A stretch of 64,000 nucleotides of DNA from Torpedo marmorata. Lineage: Eukaryota. This document shows positions 36,901-48,744 of the stretch, one piece after another. The stretch is from positions 28,024,001 to 28,088,000 of the forward strand of contig OZ360223.1 of the NCBI GenBank assembly GCA_977017645.1, written 5' to 3'. A program made the position numbers and the translations under genes. The notes under the pieces were generated by a model. The model worked only from the letters and a program-made list of their open reading frames with translations. It was not told where the DNA came from and did not search any database. The stretch's first letter is position 1; each line of letters starts with the position of its first letter.

Positions 36901-38520
36901 CAGCAGCGGGGTAAGATCAAAAACGACAAAATCATGAGGTGGAGAATAGAACTCTCCACCTACAACTACGACATCCTCTACCGGCCCGGGAAGCTCAATG
37001 AGCCCTCAGACGCTCTATCCCGGGGATCATGCGCCAGCGCGCAGGTCGACCGATTACATGCCCTACACGACGTCCTCTGTCACCCAGGGGTTACCAGGCT
37101 CTTTCACTTTGTGAAGTCACAGAACCTGCCATACTCCCTGGAAGAGGTCAGGACATTGATCAGAGGCTGTCGGGTTTGCGCGGAGTGCAAACCTCAGTTC
37201 TACCGCCCCGACAGGGCACAGCTGATCAAAGCCACCCGCCCTTTTGAACGTCTCAGTATTGACTTCAAGGGGCCCCTTCCCTCCACGAACCGCAACGTGT
37301 ACTTCTTAAACATTGTTGATGAGTACTCGCGGTTCCCCTTTGCCATCCCCTGCCCCGACACTTCAGCTACCTCAACCATAAAAGCTCTCCACCAGGTATT
37401 CACGCTGTTTGGTTTCCCAAACTACATACATAGCGACCGGGGAGCAGCTTTTATGAGTGAGGAGCTGCGCCGGTACCTGCAGGCCCGAGGCATCGCCACT
37501 AGCAGGACCACAGGATACAACCCCCGAGGAAATGGACAGGTGGAAAGGGAGAACGCTACGGTATGGAAGGCCGCGCTCCTGGCTCTTAAGTCAAAGGGAT
37601 GGCCGGTCTCTCGCTGGCAGGATGTTCTCCCCGAAGCCCTCCATTCTATCCGGTCCCTACTGTGCACATCCACCAACGCAACCCCTCATGAACGATTTTT
37701 TTCCTTCCCCAGGAAGTCGACCACCGGGACCGCCCTACCTGCCTGGCTGATGTCCCCGGGACCAGTGCTGCTCCGCAACCACCTTCGGAGCAGCAAATAT
37801 GAACCGACGGTTCAGAGGGTAAAGTTGGCGCACGCCAACCCCCAATATGCGTACGTGGTCTTCCCTGATGGACGAGAAGACACAGTCTCGATCCGAGACC
37901 TGGCGCCCTATGGGGACATTCCGACGGGCAAGACCACATACTGCAACACACACTGCAACCCCTCTCTAACTCCCCACCCAATGTGTCAGACCCCGCCCCC
38001 TCGACGGGACTGCAAGCTTTCCGAGAGGCCAGGCAGGAGGCGACGGCACAGACGACCCTACCATCTCCCCCATCACTACTATCTCCCCCAGCACCACAGC
38101 CCGACCCGCCACTACGCAGGTCACAGCGGAAAATTCGGCCGCCGGATCGCCTTGACCTGTGAAAAGGAGGGCCTATATATATATATATATATTTTCTGTA
38201 TTGTGTATTGTGTAATTAGAGTGGTCACGTCACCCCGCTGGACTCTTTTTAAAAAAAGGAGGGGTGAATGTGGTAAACCACTGTTTATGTATTTGTGGTG
38301 TATAGGTGTATTACAGGCTGTCCCGATGTCTACTCCCTCCCCTCCCTTGGGTGTCCAGGTAATCCCTCCCCTTTCCTCACCTGAATAAAGGCCACTGTAT
38401 CTCGGCCACCCCTCCAGTCCGGGTCAGATCTACTAGGAAGCACTGCTTCGTTCTTAGATAATAAAAGCCTATGATTCACTCGCTCTCACAGTCTTTGAGT
38501 GGTTATTGATAGGCCTATCA
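33997..38520 (+). mobile_element. Very young full-length Gypsy LTR retrotransposon
   Basis: 252-bp LTRs 33997-34248 and 38269-38520 with no difference found by eye; perfect 5-bp TSD GCGGT; PPT 38251-38268. Confidence 0.97.
34273..38160 (+). pseudogene. Single-frame gag-pol (two Zn knuckles, PR, RT, RH, IN) with two in-frame stops
   Basis: ORFs 34234-34575, 34579-35820 and 35866-38388 share one frame; CSGCGKKGHYVKAC, LFDTGS, YLDDITI, HPGV..C..C, D-D-E; stops at 34573 and 35818. Confidence 0.9.
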
Positions 38521-39802
38521 GCGGTGATTAGAGAGCTTAGAGTAAAGGAAGCATTAGGGAGCAGTGATCACAATATGCTTGAGTTCAATTTGAAATTTAA
38601 CAAGGAGAAACTAAAGTCAGATGTGTCGGTATTTCAGTGGAGTAAAGGGAATTACAGTGGCATGAGAGAGGAACTGGCCAAAGTAGATTGGAAGGAAGCA
38701 CGAGTAAGGAAGACGGCAGAGCAGCAATGGATGGGGTTTCTGCAAGAAATGGGGAAGGTGCAGGATAAATACGAGGAACTATGCAAATGGGAAAATGTCA
38801 CAACTGTGGCTGACAAAGGAAGCCAAAGCCAACGTGAAAGCAAAAGAGAGGGCACAGAAGGAAGCAAAACTTAGTGGGAAGATAGAGGATAGGGGTTTTT
38901 AAAAACTTACAGAAGGTAACTAAAAACTTATGTGGGGAAAAGATGAAGTATGGATGTAGGCTAGCAAATAATATCAAAGAGGATACAAAAAGCTTCCTCG
39001 TATATAAAGAATAAAAGAGAGGCGAGAGTCGATAAAGAACCACTAGAAAATGTCGCTGGAGAACTAATAATGGGAGATAAGGAGATGGCAGAGGAACTAC
39101 CGGTAAATGAGTATTTTGCATCAGTCATCATTGTGGAAGACGCTATCAGCATACCAGATGTAGAAGGGTATCAAGGAAGGGAAGTGAGTGCAGTTACTAT
39201 TTCAAGGGAGAAGGTGCACAGAAAGCTGAATGGTCTAAGGGTGAATAAGGTGAATAAGTCTCCCGGACCCAGATAGATTGCACCCTCGAGTCCTGAAAGA
39301 AGTAGTGGTAGAGATTGTAGAGGCATTAGTAATGATCTTTTAGGAATCAAGATTCTGGCATGGTCCAGGAGAACTGGAAAATCGCAAATGTCAACCCCAC
39401 TAGTCAAGGGAAGGGGTGGGGGGGGGGGGGGTGGGAGACGGCAGCGGAAAGGAAATTTGTAGACCAGTCAGCCTGACGTCAGTGGTTGGGAAGATGTTGG
39501 AGTCGATTGTAAAGGATGAGTTTACGGAATACTTGGAGACACATTGCAGGATAGACCAAAGCCAGCATGGTTTCCTTAAGGGAAAATCTTGCCTGACAAA
39601 CCTATTGGAATTCTTTGAAGAGATAACAAGCAGGCTGGATAAGGAAGATGTAGTAGATGTTGTGTATTTGGATTTTCAGAAAGCATTTGTCAAGGTGCCG
39701 CACATGATGCTACTTAACAAGATAAGAGCCCATGGTATAACAGGAAACATACTAGCGTGGGGAGAGCATTGGCTGATTATCAGTAGGCACATAGTTGGAA
39801 TA

Positions 39803-40492
39803 CACTATCTACGCTAGTTGGAGTTCACTTAACTTGTGACCTATTGTGGACACTCAACATCTCCTCATGTCAGGAAGGCGCAACAGCGACTGCACTTCCT
39901 GAGAAGACTGAAGCGGGCAAGGCTATCGGCCACCATTATGTCAACCTTCTATAGGAGCTCTATTGAGAGCATCCTGGCCGGCTGCATCACAGTGTGGTAT
40001 GGTTGCTGCAGAGAAATGGATCGGAGGTCAATCCACGGGACCATAAGAGTGGCAGAGAGGATCACTGGAGTGTCCCTCCCCCCAATCGACATGATCTACC
40101 GAGATCGTTGTCTGAAGAAGGCGTGCAAAATTATTGAGGACCCCTTCCACCCTGCACACAGCATCTTTCAGCTGCTCCCATTGGGGAAGAGATACAGGAA
40201 TATCAGAGCCAGCACCACCAGGCTGAGGAACAGCTTCTTCCCATGGGCAGTGAGAATGCTGAACGATCAAAGGAACTGCTCACACTAACCATCTGAGACT
40301 CTTATATTCATGAAACAATATTCATTTATTTATTTGTACAGATGAAATACTTGTCCTGCATATGTATTATTTGTCTTTATGTGTGTTGTGTCTGGGTGTA
40401 TGTCTGCGTGTTTTTGCACCGAGGACTGGAGAATGTTGTTTTGTCGGGTTGCACTTGTCCAATCAGATTACAATAAACTTGACTTGACTTGA
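39803..40492 (+). mobile_element. Rex1/Babar-type LINE 3' fragment
   Basis: KAQQRLHFLRRL..RLRNSFFPWAVRMLN; ACAATAAA plus (ACTTG)n tail. Confidence 0.88.
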
Positions 40493-43400
40493 CAAGGATC
40501 ATATTCTAATTGGCTGCCAGTTTCTAGTGGTGTTCCACAGGGGTCGACGTTGGGGCTGCTTCTTTTTATGTTGTATATTAATCATTTGGATTATGGAATG
40601 AATGGCTTTGTGATCAAGTTTGCAGGTGATACGAAGGTAGGTGGAGAAGCAGGTAGTGTGAGGAAACAGGGAGGCTGCAGAAAGACAGATTAGGAGAATA
40701 GGCAGAGAAGTGGCAAATGAAATATAATGTTGGAAAATGTACGGTCAGGCACTTTGATAGAAAAAAATAAGCAATCAGACTATTTTTTAAATGCGGAGAA
40801 AATTGAAAATACCCATAGAAACATAGAAGAACCATAGAACATCGCCACTCGGTCCTTCTAGTCTGTGCCGAAACATTATTCCGCTAGACCCATTGACCTG
40901 CACCCAGTCCATAATCCTCCAGACCTCTCCCATCTATGTATCTATCCAAGTTACTCTTAAAACAAGATTGAGCCCGCATTTACCACGTCAGATGGCAGCT
41001 CGTTCCACACTCCCACCACTCTCTCAGTGAAGATGTTCCCCCTAATGTTCCCCCTAAAGCTTTCCCCTTTCACCCTAAAGCCATGTCCTCTCGTATTTAT
41101 CTCTCCTAATCTAAGTGGAAAGAGCCTACTCACATTTACTCTGTCTATACCCCTCATTATTTTCTAAACATCTATCAAATCTCCCCTCATTCTTCTACGC
41201 TCCAAGGAATAAAGTCATAAACTGTTTAATCTTTCCCTGTAACTCAACTCCTGAAGACCCGGCAACATCCTAGAAAATCTTCTCTGCACTCTTTCAATCT
41301 TACTGATATCCTTCCTATAGTTAGGTGACCAGAACTGCACACAATACTCCAAATTTGGCCTCACCAATGTCTTATTCAACCTCACCAATGTCTTATACAA
41401 CCTCACCATAACATCCCAACTCTTTTACTCACTACTTTGATTTATGAAGGCCAAGATGCCAAAATCTTTCTTTACAACCCTGTCCACCTGTGACGCCACT
41501 TTCAGGGAATTATGTATCTGTATTCCCAGATCCTTTTGTTCCTCCGCACTCCTCAGTGCCCTTCCATTTACTGTGTATATCCTACCTTGGTTTGTCCTTC
41601 CAAAATGCAACACCTCACACTTGTCTGCATTAAATTCCATCTGCCATTCTCTGGCCCATTTTTCCAACTGGTCTAGAACCCTCTGCAAGCTTTGAAAGCC
41701 TTCCTCGCTGTCCACAACGCCTCCAATCTCAGTGTCATCAGCAAACTTGCTGATCAAATTTACCACATTATCATCCAGATCATTGATATAGACAACAAAC
41801 AACAATGGTCCCAGCACCAATCCCTGAGGCACACCACTAATCACCAGCCTCCAGTCTGAGAAGCAATCATCCACTACCACACTCTGTCTTCTCCCATTCA
41901 GCCAATTTCGAATCCAGTTTACAACCTCTCCATGGATACCTAGTGTCTGAACCTTCTGAACTAACCTCCCATGTGGGACCTTGTCAAAGGCCTTACTAAA
42001 GTACATGTAGACAACATCCACAACCTTTCCTTCATCTACTTTCTTGGTAACCTCCTCGAAAAACTCTAAGATTCGTTAAACACAACCTACCACGCACAAA
42101 TCCATGCTGACTATCCTTAATCAGCCCTTGGCTGTCCAAATACTTGTATATCCGATCACTCAGAACACCCTTCAATAATTTACCTACCACTGACGTCAGG
42201 CTTACCGGCCTGTAATTTCCTGGTTTACTTTTGGAGCCTTTTTTAAACAACGGAACAACATGAGCTACCCTCCAATCCTCCGGCACCTCACCCGTGGCTA
42301 ATGACATTTTAAATATTTCTGCCAGGGCCCCTACAATTTCTACACTAGTCTCCCTCAAGGTCCGAGGGAATATCCTGTCAGGTTCGGGGAATTTATCTAC
42401 CTTTATTCGCTGTAAGGCAGCAAGCACCTCCTCCTCTTTAATCTCTATATGTTCCATGACACTACTTTTTGTTTCCTTTCCTTCCTTATACACTATGCTA
42501 GTTTCCTGAGTAAATACTGATGCAAAAAACTGTTCAAGACCTCCCACATCTCGTGAGGCTCCACACGTAGATGACCACTCTGATCTTCTAGAGGACCAAT
42601 TTTGTCCCTTACTATCCTTTTACTCTTAACATACTTGTAGAAACCCTTCGGATTTACCTTCACATTATCTGCCGAAGCAACCTCATGTCTTCTTTTTGCC
42701 TTCTTGATTTCCTTCTTAAGTATTTTCTTACATTTTCTATACTCTTCTAGAACCTCATTTGCTCCTTGTTGCCTATACCTGCTATACACCTCTCTTCTTC
42801 TTAACCAGATCGCCAATATGCCTTGAAAACCAAGGTTCTCTATGCCTGTTAACTTTGCCTTTAATCCTGACAGGAACATGCAAACTCTGCACTCTCAAAA
42901 TTTCACCTTTGAAGGCCTTCCACTTACTGAACACATCCTTGCCAGAAAACAACTTATCCCAATCCACTCTTCCTAGATCCTTTCTCATTTCCACAAAATT
43001 GACCTTTCTCCAATTTAGAATCTCAACTCGAGGACCAGACCTATCCTTATCCATAATTAACTTGAAACTAATGACATTATGGTCACTGGACCCAAAATGT
43101 TCGCCTACACATACTTCTGTCACCTGACCTGTCTGGCTCCCTAATAGGAGATCAAATATTGCATCCTCTCTCATTGGTACCTCTATATACTGATTTAGAA
43201 TACTTTCCTGAACACATTTGACAAACTCCAAGCCATCCAGCCGTTTTACAGCATGGGAGTCCCAGTCAATATGTGGAAAGTTAAAATCTCCTACTATCAC
43301 AACTTTCTGTTTCTTACATCGGTCTGCTATCTCTCTGCAGATTTGCTCCTCCAATTCTCTCTGACTACAATACAACCCTATCAGTGTGGTCACACATTTC

Positions 43401-44749
43401 CCGTTCCTCAGCTCCACCCATATGGCCTCTGTAGACGAGCCCTCTGGGCTGTCCTGTCTAAGCACAGCTGTGATATTTTCCCTGACTAACAATGCCATCC
43501 CTCCCCCTTTTATCCCTCCCCCTCTATCACGTCTGAAACAACGGAACCCTGGAACATTGAGCTGCCACTCCTGCCCCTCCTGCAACCAAGTCTCACTTAT
43601 AGCAATAATGTTGTAATCCCACGTGCCAATCCACACCCTGAGCTCGTCTGCCTTTCCGACAATACTCCTTGCATTGAAATAAATACATCTGAGAACATTT
43701 ATATCATGTACAAACCTTTGATTTCTGTCTATACATGCAGTCCTCGCATGACCTTTATCTTCCTCCACCTCACTATCTGCTCTAATACTGTGGTTCCCAT
43801 CCCCCTGCAAATCTAGTTTAAACCCCCCAGAGCAGCACTAGCAAACCTACCTGCAAGGATGTTAGCCCCCCTCCAGTTCAGGTGCAAACCGTCCCGTCGG
43901 AATAGGTCCCACCTTCCCTGGAACAGAGCCCAATTGTCCAGAAACATGAAGCCCTCCCTCCTGCACCATCTCTTTAGCCACGTATTTAGCTGCATTAACT
44001 TCCTATTTCTAGCCTCACTAGCACGTGGCACGGGTAGCACTCCTGAGATCGCAACCCTGGAGGTCCTGTCCTTCAACTTTGCACCTAACTCCCTAAACTC
44101 TCTTTGCAGGACCTCCTCATCCTTCCTACCCTCGTCATTGGTCCCTACATGGACCACGACATCTGGCTGCTCACCCTCCTGAGAATACGGAGAACTTGAT
44201 CCGAGATATCATGGACCCTGGCACCAGGGAGGCAACAGGCCATCCGGGATTCTCGATCTCTCCCACAGAACCTCTTATCTGTCTCCCTAACTATTGAATC
44301 CCCTATCACTATAGCTCGCCGCTTCTCCTCCCTTCCCTTCTTAGCCTCAGGACCAGACTCCAAGCCAGAGACCTGATCACCGTGGCTTGTGCCTGGTAGG
44401 TTGTCCCCCTCAACAGTATCCAAAATGGTATACTTGTTATTCAAGGGAATGCCCACAGGGGTGCCCTGCGCTGCCTGCCTGTTCCCTTTCCCTCTCCTAA
44501 CCATCACCCATCTACCCTCCTCCTGCCTCATAGGTGTGATAGTGTCCCTATAACTCCTGTTAATCACACCCTCTGCCTCCCGAATGATCCGGAGTTCATC
44601 CAACTCCAGCTCCAATTCCTTAACTCGGTTTGTCAGGAGCTGCAGCTGGATGCACTTCTCACAGATGAAGTCATCAGGGATACTGTTGGCTTCCCTGATG
44701 ACCCACATCGTGCAAGAGGAGCATTCCCCTGCCTTGGCTGCCATATCCA

Positions 44750-46035
44750 CACTCTCTCCAACTCTCTCTCTCTCTATCTCTCTCTCTCTCCAACTCTCCC
44801 TCTCTATCTCTCTCTCTATCTCTCTCCAACTCAATCTCTCTCTATCCCTCCAACTCTCTCCCTCTCCAACTCTCTCTCTCCAACTCTCTCTCTCTCTATC
44901 TCTCTCTCTATCTTCTCTCTCTCCAACTCTCTCTCTCTCTATCTCTCTCCAACTCTCTCTCTCCAACTCACTCACTCTATCTCTCCAACTCTCTCTCTCC
45001 AACTCTCTCTCTCTCCAACTCTCTCTCTCCAACTCTCTCTCTCTCCAACTCTCTCTCTCCAACTCTCTCTCTCCAACTCCCTCTCTCCAACTCTCTCTCT
45101 CTCCAACTCTCTCTCTCCAACTCTCTCTCTCCAACTCTCTCTCTCTCCAACTCTCTCTCTCTCTCCAACTCTCTCTCTCTCTCCAACTCTCTCTCTCCAA
45201 CTCTCTCTCTCTCCAACTCTCTCTCTCTCCAACTCTCTCTCTCCAACTCTCTCTCTCCAACTATCTCTCTCTCCAACTCTCTCTCTCCAACTCTCTCTCT
45301 CCAACTCTCTCTCTCTCCAACTCTCTCTCTCCAACTCTCTCTCTCTCCAACTCTCTCTCTCTCCAACTCTCTCTCTCTCCAACTCTCTTCTCTCCAACTC
45401 TCTCTCTCCAACTCTCTCTCTCTCCAACTCTCTCTCTCCAACTCTCTCTCTCTCCAACTCTCTCTCTCTCCAACTCTCTCTCTCCAACTCTCTCTCTCTC
45501 CAACTCTCTCTCTCCAACTCTCTCTCTCTCCAACTCTCTCTCTCTCCAACTCTCCTTCTCCAACTCTCTACTCCAACTCTCTCTCTCCAACTCTCTCTCT
45601 CCAACTCTCTCTCTCTAACTCTCTCTCTCCAACTCTCTCTCTCTCCAACTCTCTCTCTCTCCAACTCTCTCTCTCCAATTCTCTCCCTCTCCAACTCTCT
45701 CTCTCTCCAACTCTCTCTCTCTCCAACTCTCTCTCTCCATCTCTCTCTCTCCAACTCTCTCTCTCTCCAACTCTCTCTCTCTCTCCAACTCTCTCTCTCC
45801 AACTCTCTCTCTCCAACTCTCTCTCTCTCCAACTCTCTCTCTCCAACTCTCTCTCTCTCCAACTCTCTCTCTCTCTCCATCTCTCTCTCTCCAACTCTCT
45901 CTCTCCAACTCTCTCTCTCTCCAACTCTCTCTCTCTCCAACTCTCTCTCTCCAACTCTCTCTCTCTCCAACTCTCTCTCTCTCCAACTCTCTCTCTCTCC
46001 AACTCTCTCTCTCTCCAACTCTCTTTCTCTATCTC
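44750..46035. repeat. 1.3-kb compound microsatellite [(CT)nCCAA]n
   Basis: Near-pure pyrimidine/purine strand asymmetry; source of the spurious ERESWRER/LSLQLS ORFs. Confidence 0.97.
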
Positions 46036-46094
46036 TATTCAAATTCTTATTCTAATTTCTAAAAGATTAAAAATTAAAATTAAAATTGAACTTC

Positions 46095-46790
46095 CCTTCA
46101 CCGAGTCCGCTGCCCTGGGCCTCTCCTCACCGAGTCCGCTGCCCTGGGCCTCTCCTCACCGAGTCCGCTGCCCCCACCGGGCCTCTCCTCACCGAGTCCA
46201 CTGCCCCGGGCCTCTCCTCGCCGAGTCCGCTGCCCCGGGCCTCTCCTCACCGAGTCCGTTGCCCCCACCGGGCCTCTCCTCGCCGATTCCGCTGCCCCAG
46301 GCCTCTCCTCGCCGAGTCCGCTGCCCCGGGCCTCTCCTCGCCGAGTCCGCTGCCCCGGGCCTCTCCTCACCGAGTCCGCTGCCCTGGGCTTCTCCTCGCC
46401 GAGTCTGCTGCCCCCACCTGGCCTCTCCTCACTGAGTCTGCTGCCCCGGGCCTCTCCTCACCGAGTCTGCTGCCCCGGGCCACTCCTCACCGAGTCCGCT
46501 GCCCCGGGCCTCTCCTCACCGAGTCTGCTGCCCCGGGCCTCTCCTCGCCGAGTCTGCTGCCCCCACCTGACCTCTCCTCACCGAGTCTGCTGCCCCGGGC
46601 CTCTCCTCACCGAGTCTGCTGCCCCGGGCCTCTCCTCACCGAGTCTGCTGCCCCGGGCCTCTCCTCACCGAGTCTGCTGCCCCGGGCCTCTCCTCACCAA
46701 GTCCGCTGCTCCCGCTGGGCCTCTCCTCGCCGAGTCCGCTGCTCCCGCCGGGCCTCTCCTCGCCGAGTCCGCTGCTCCTGGCCTCGCCTC
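46095..46790. repeat. GC/CpG-rich ~30-33-bp minisatellite, about 20 copies
   Basis: CTCTCCTCRCCGAGTCYGCTGCCCCGGGC units. Confidence 0.93.
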
Positions 46791-47137
46791 GCCCGGCTTC
46801 TCGCTGCTGTTCCCGCTCTCGCTGTAACTCCCGCTCTCCTCTCTTCTAAAATGCAAAGGTGTCTGGGAGTCCTCACCAGGATAGCATGAAGGTAACCTTG
46901 CAGGTTGAGACGGTGGTGAAGAAAGCAAATGCAATGTTGGCATTCATTTCAAGAGGAATAGAATATAAGAGCAGGGATGTGATGTTGAGGCTCTATAAGG
47001 CACTTTTAAGACCTCACTTGGAGTATTATGAGCAGTCTTGGGCTCCTCATTTAAGAAAGATGTTGTGACGTTGGAGAGGGTACAAAGGAGATTCACCAGG
47101 ATGATTCCAGGAATGAAAGGGTTATCATATGAGGAGC

Positions 47138-48096
47138 GTGTGGGAGTGTGACCCGGAATTGAAATGGTTGGCTACTGGGAGGTCGCTGTTGTTGCAGACG
47201 GAGAGGAGGTGCTCAGCAAAGCGGTCTCCCAATCTACGACCGGTCTCTCCAATGTAGAGAAAGCCACAAAGGGAGCACCGGATGCAGTAAATAAGTTCTC
47301 TGGATGTACAAGTGAAGTGTAGTTTCACTTGAAAGGCCTGTTTGGGGCCCCGGACCGTGGTGAGGGAGGAGGTGTGGGCGCAGGTGTTGCACCTCCTGCG
47401 GGTACAGGGGAAGGTGCCGGGGCCCCAACAGGCCTTTCAAGTGAAACTACACTTCACTTGTACATCCACAGAACTTATTTACTGCATCCGGTGCTCCCTT
47501 TGTGGCTTTCTCTACATCGGAGAGACCGGTCGTAGATTGGGAGATCACTTTGCTGAGCACCTCCTCTCCGTCCGCAACAACAGCGACCTCCCAGTAGCCA
47601 ACCATTTCAATTCCGGGTCACACTCCCACACTCACATGTCTGTCCATGGCCTTATGTACTATCCCACCCAGACTACCCTCAAATTGGAGGAACAACATCT
47701 AATTTTCCGTCTGGGCACTCTCCAGCCAGATGGCATTAACATTGACTTTTCTGCTTTCCACGAAACCTGCTTGCCTTTTCCTTCCCCTCCCCCCTTACCT
47801 GTCCTTCCAGTTTTTTCCACCCACCCAGCCATCCCTCATCCCCCTCTTTGCTGCTGTCCCCTCCCGCCTTTCTCCACCTATCATCTCCTGCCTTTGCCAC
47901 CCCCTCTTCCCCCCCTCACTCTTTTGTTCGGACGCCTGCCGGCATTTTCTCATACTTTGATGAAGGGCTCAAGCCCGAAACGTCGGTTATGTATTTCTAC
48001 CTTTGCTACATAAAATACACTGTTTGACCTGCTGAGTTTCTCCAGCATTTGTGTTTTTTACTTCAACCACGGTGTCTACAGATTTTCGTGTTTTAC
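47138..48096 (+). mobile_element. Penelope-like element 3' end (GIY-YIG endonuclease plus pseudo-LTR) with 5' inverted segment
   Basis: LIYCIRCSLCGFLYIGETGRRLGDHFAEHL..LEEQHLIFRLGTLQPDGIN; 47138-47353 is the reverse complement of 47417-47631. Confidence 0.93.
47951..47991 (+). ncRNA. Minimal hammerhead ribozyme motif (variant core) in Penelope pseudo-LTR
   Basis: CATAC-T-TTGATGA-A-GGGC-TCAA-GCCC-GAAAC-GTC-GGTTATG: core U3-UGANGA, stem II, GAAA, GUC site; helix III essentially absent. Confidence 0.7.
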
Positions 48097-48744
48097 TTCT
48101 TCTGTTTTTATGACAGGTTTCCAGCGTCAAATTTTTTTAATTTTAATTTATTTATTTACCATTTGCTTGTCTCATCTACAAATGATTGTAAATGATTTGA
48201 TGACTGTTGTAGAAGAGGCGTTACATAACTAATTCATTTATCTTTCACCTAGCTGGTAAGTTTCAGTTGAAGTCTTAGCAATTTTTTCTCAGATCGACAG
48301 ACAAGCAATTCATTGTATATTGGAATCAGGGTTGTTGCTTGTTTCATCCAATCCTTTCTCAGTGTAGCATTGTATCATTCTAAGATATCCAAGTATGTTT
48401 CACCCCTTTTACTCGCTGAACTATTGAGGGAGCTTCTTTGATCTTCAGATGCTCATTTACGTCATTTGCATAGGGAATGTTATTGGTTTTTCCAGAATTA
48501 CTCTTTTCAGTTGCAGAATTATTTTCTGCATGTTTGTCAGAGTTTAGTTGCAGGTGCTGCTTTCCTAGTATATTGTTCAAGTTTTTCCCAAGTCCAACTG
48601 TGTTAACTATCTTTGACTATAAAGCCCTGATTCATTTTCAGGATGAAAATGATATCTGCAATACATATATTTTAGGGTTTCCTTTAATCTCCTGAAGCTC
48701 ACAGAGTATAGCAAACACTCTCTTGTGTGGACAACTCGATCCTT

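Larger units (their letters stand above)
40813..46850 (-). mobile_element. Near-full-length CR1 LINE (ORF1 44745-43813, ORF2 ~43810-40930, disrupted) with repeat-expanded 5' region
   Basis: ORF1 CSSC..CEKC, leucine zipper, GDSIV/GTND/DGLH esterase; ORF2 FNARSI, ISETWL, GVPQG, FADDT; (TTCTATG)-type tail at 40813-40840. Confidence 0.9.
32550..47137 (+). mobile_element. Old near-full-length CR1 LINE (ORF1 SGNH esterase, ORF2 APE-RT) in pieces: 32550-33996, 38521-39802, 40493-40812, 46850-47137
   Basis: CLPGAR and DGLHLN esterase motifs; VAITESWL, GDFN; RPVSLTSVVGK, YLDFQKAF; fragments are collinear across three later insertions. Confidence 0.85.

Noticed and set aside
38161-38388. C-terminal extension or env-like tail of the 840-aa pol ORF
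   Set aside because: The frame runs through (TA)n, the PPT and into the 3' LTR; readthrough after a probable frameshift.
44584-46889. Long ORFs (ERESWRER..., LSLQLS..., SPSPLPRASPHR...)
   Set aside because: By-products of micro- and minisatellites that lack stop codons.
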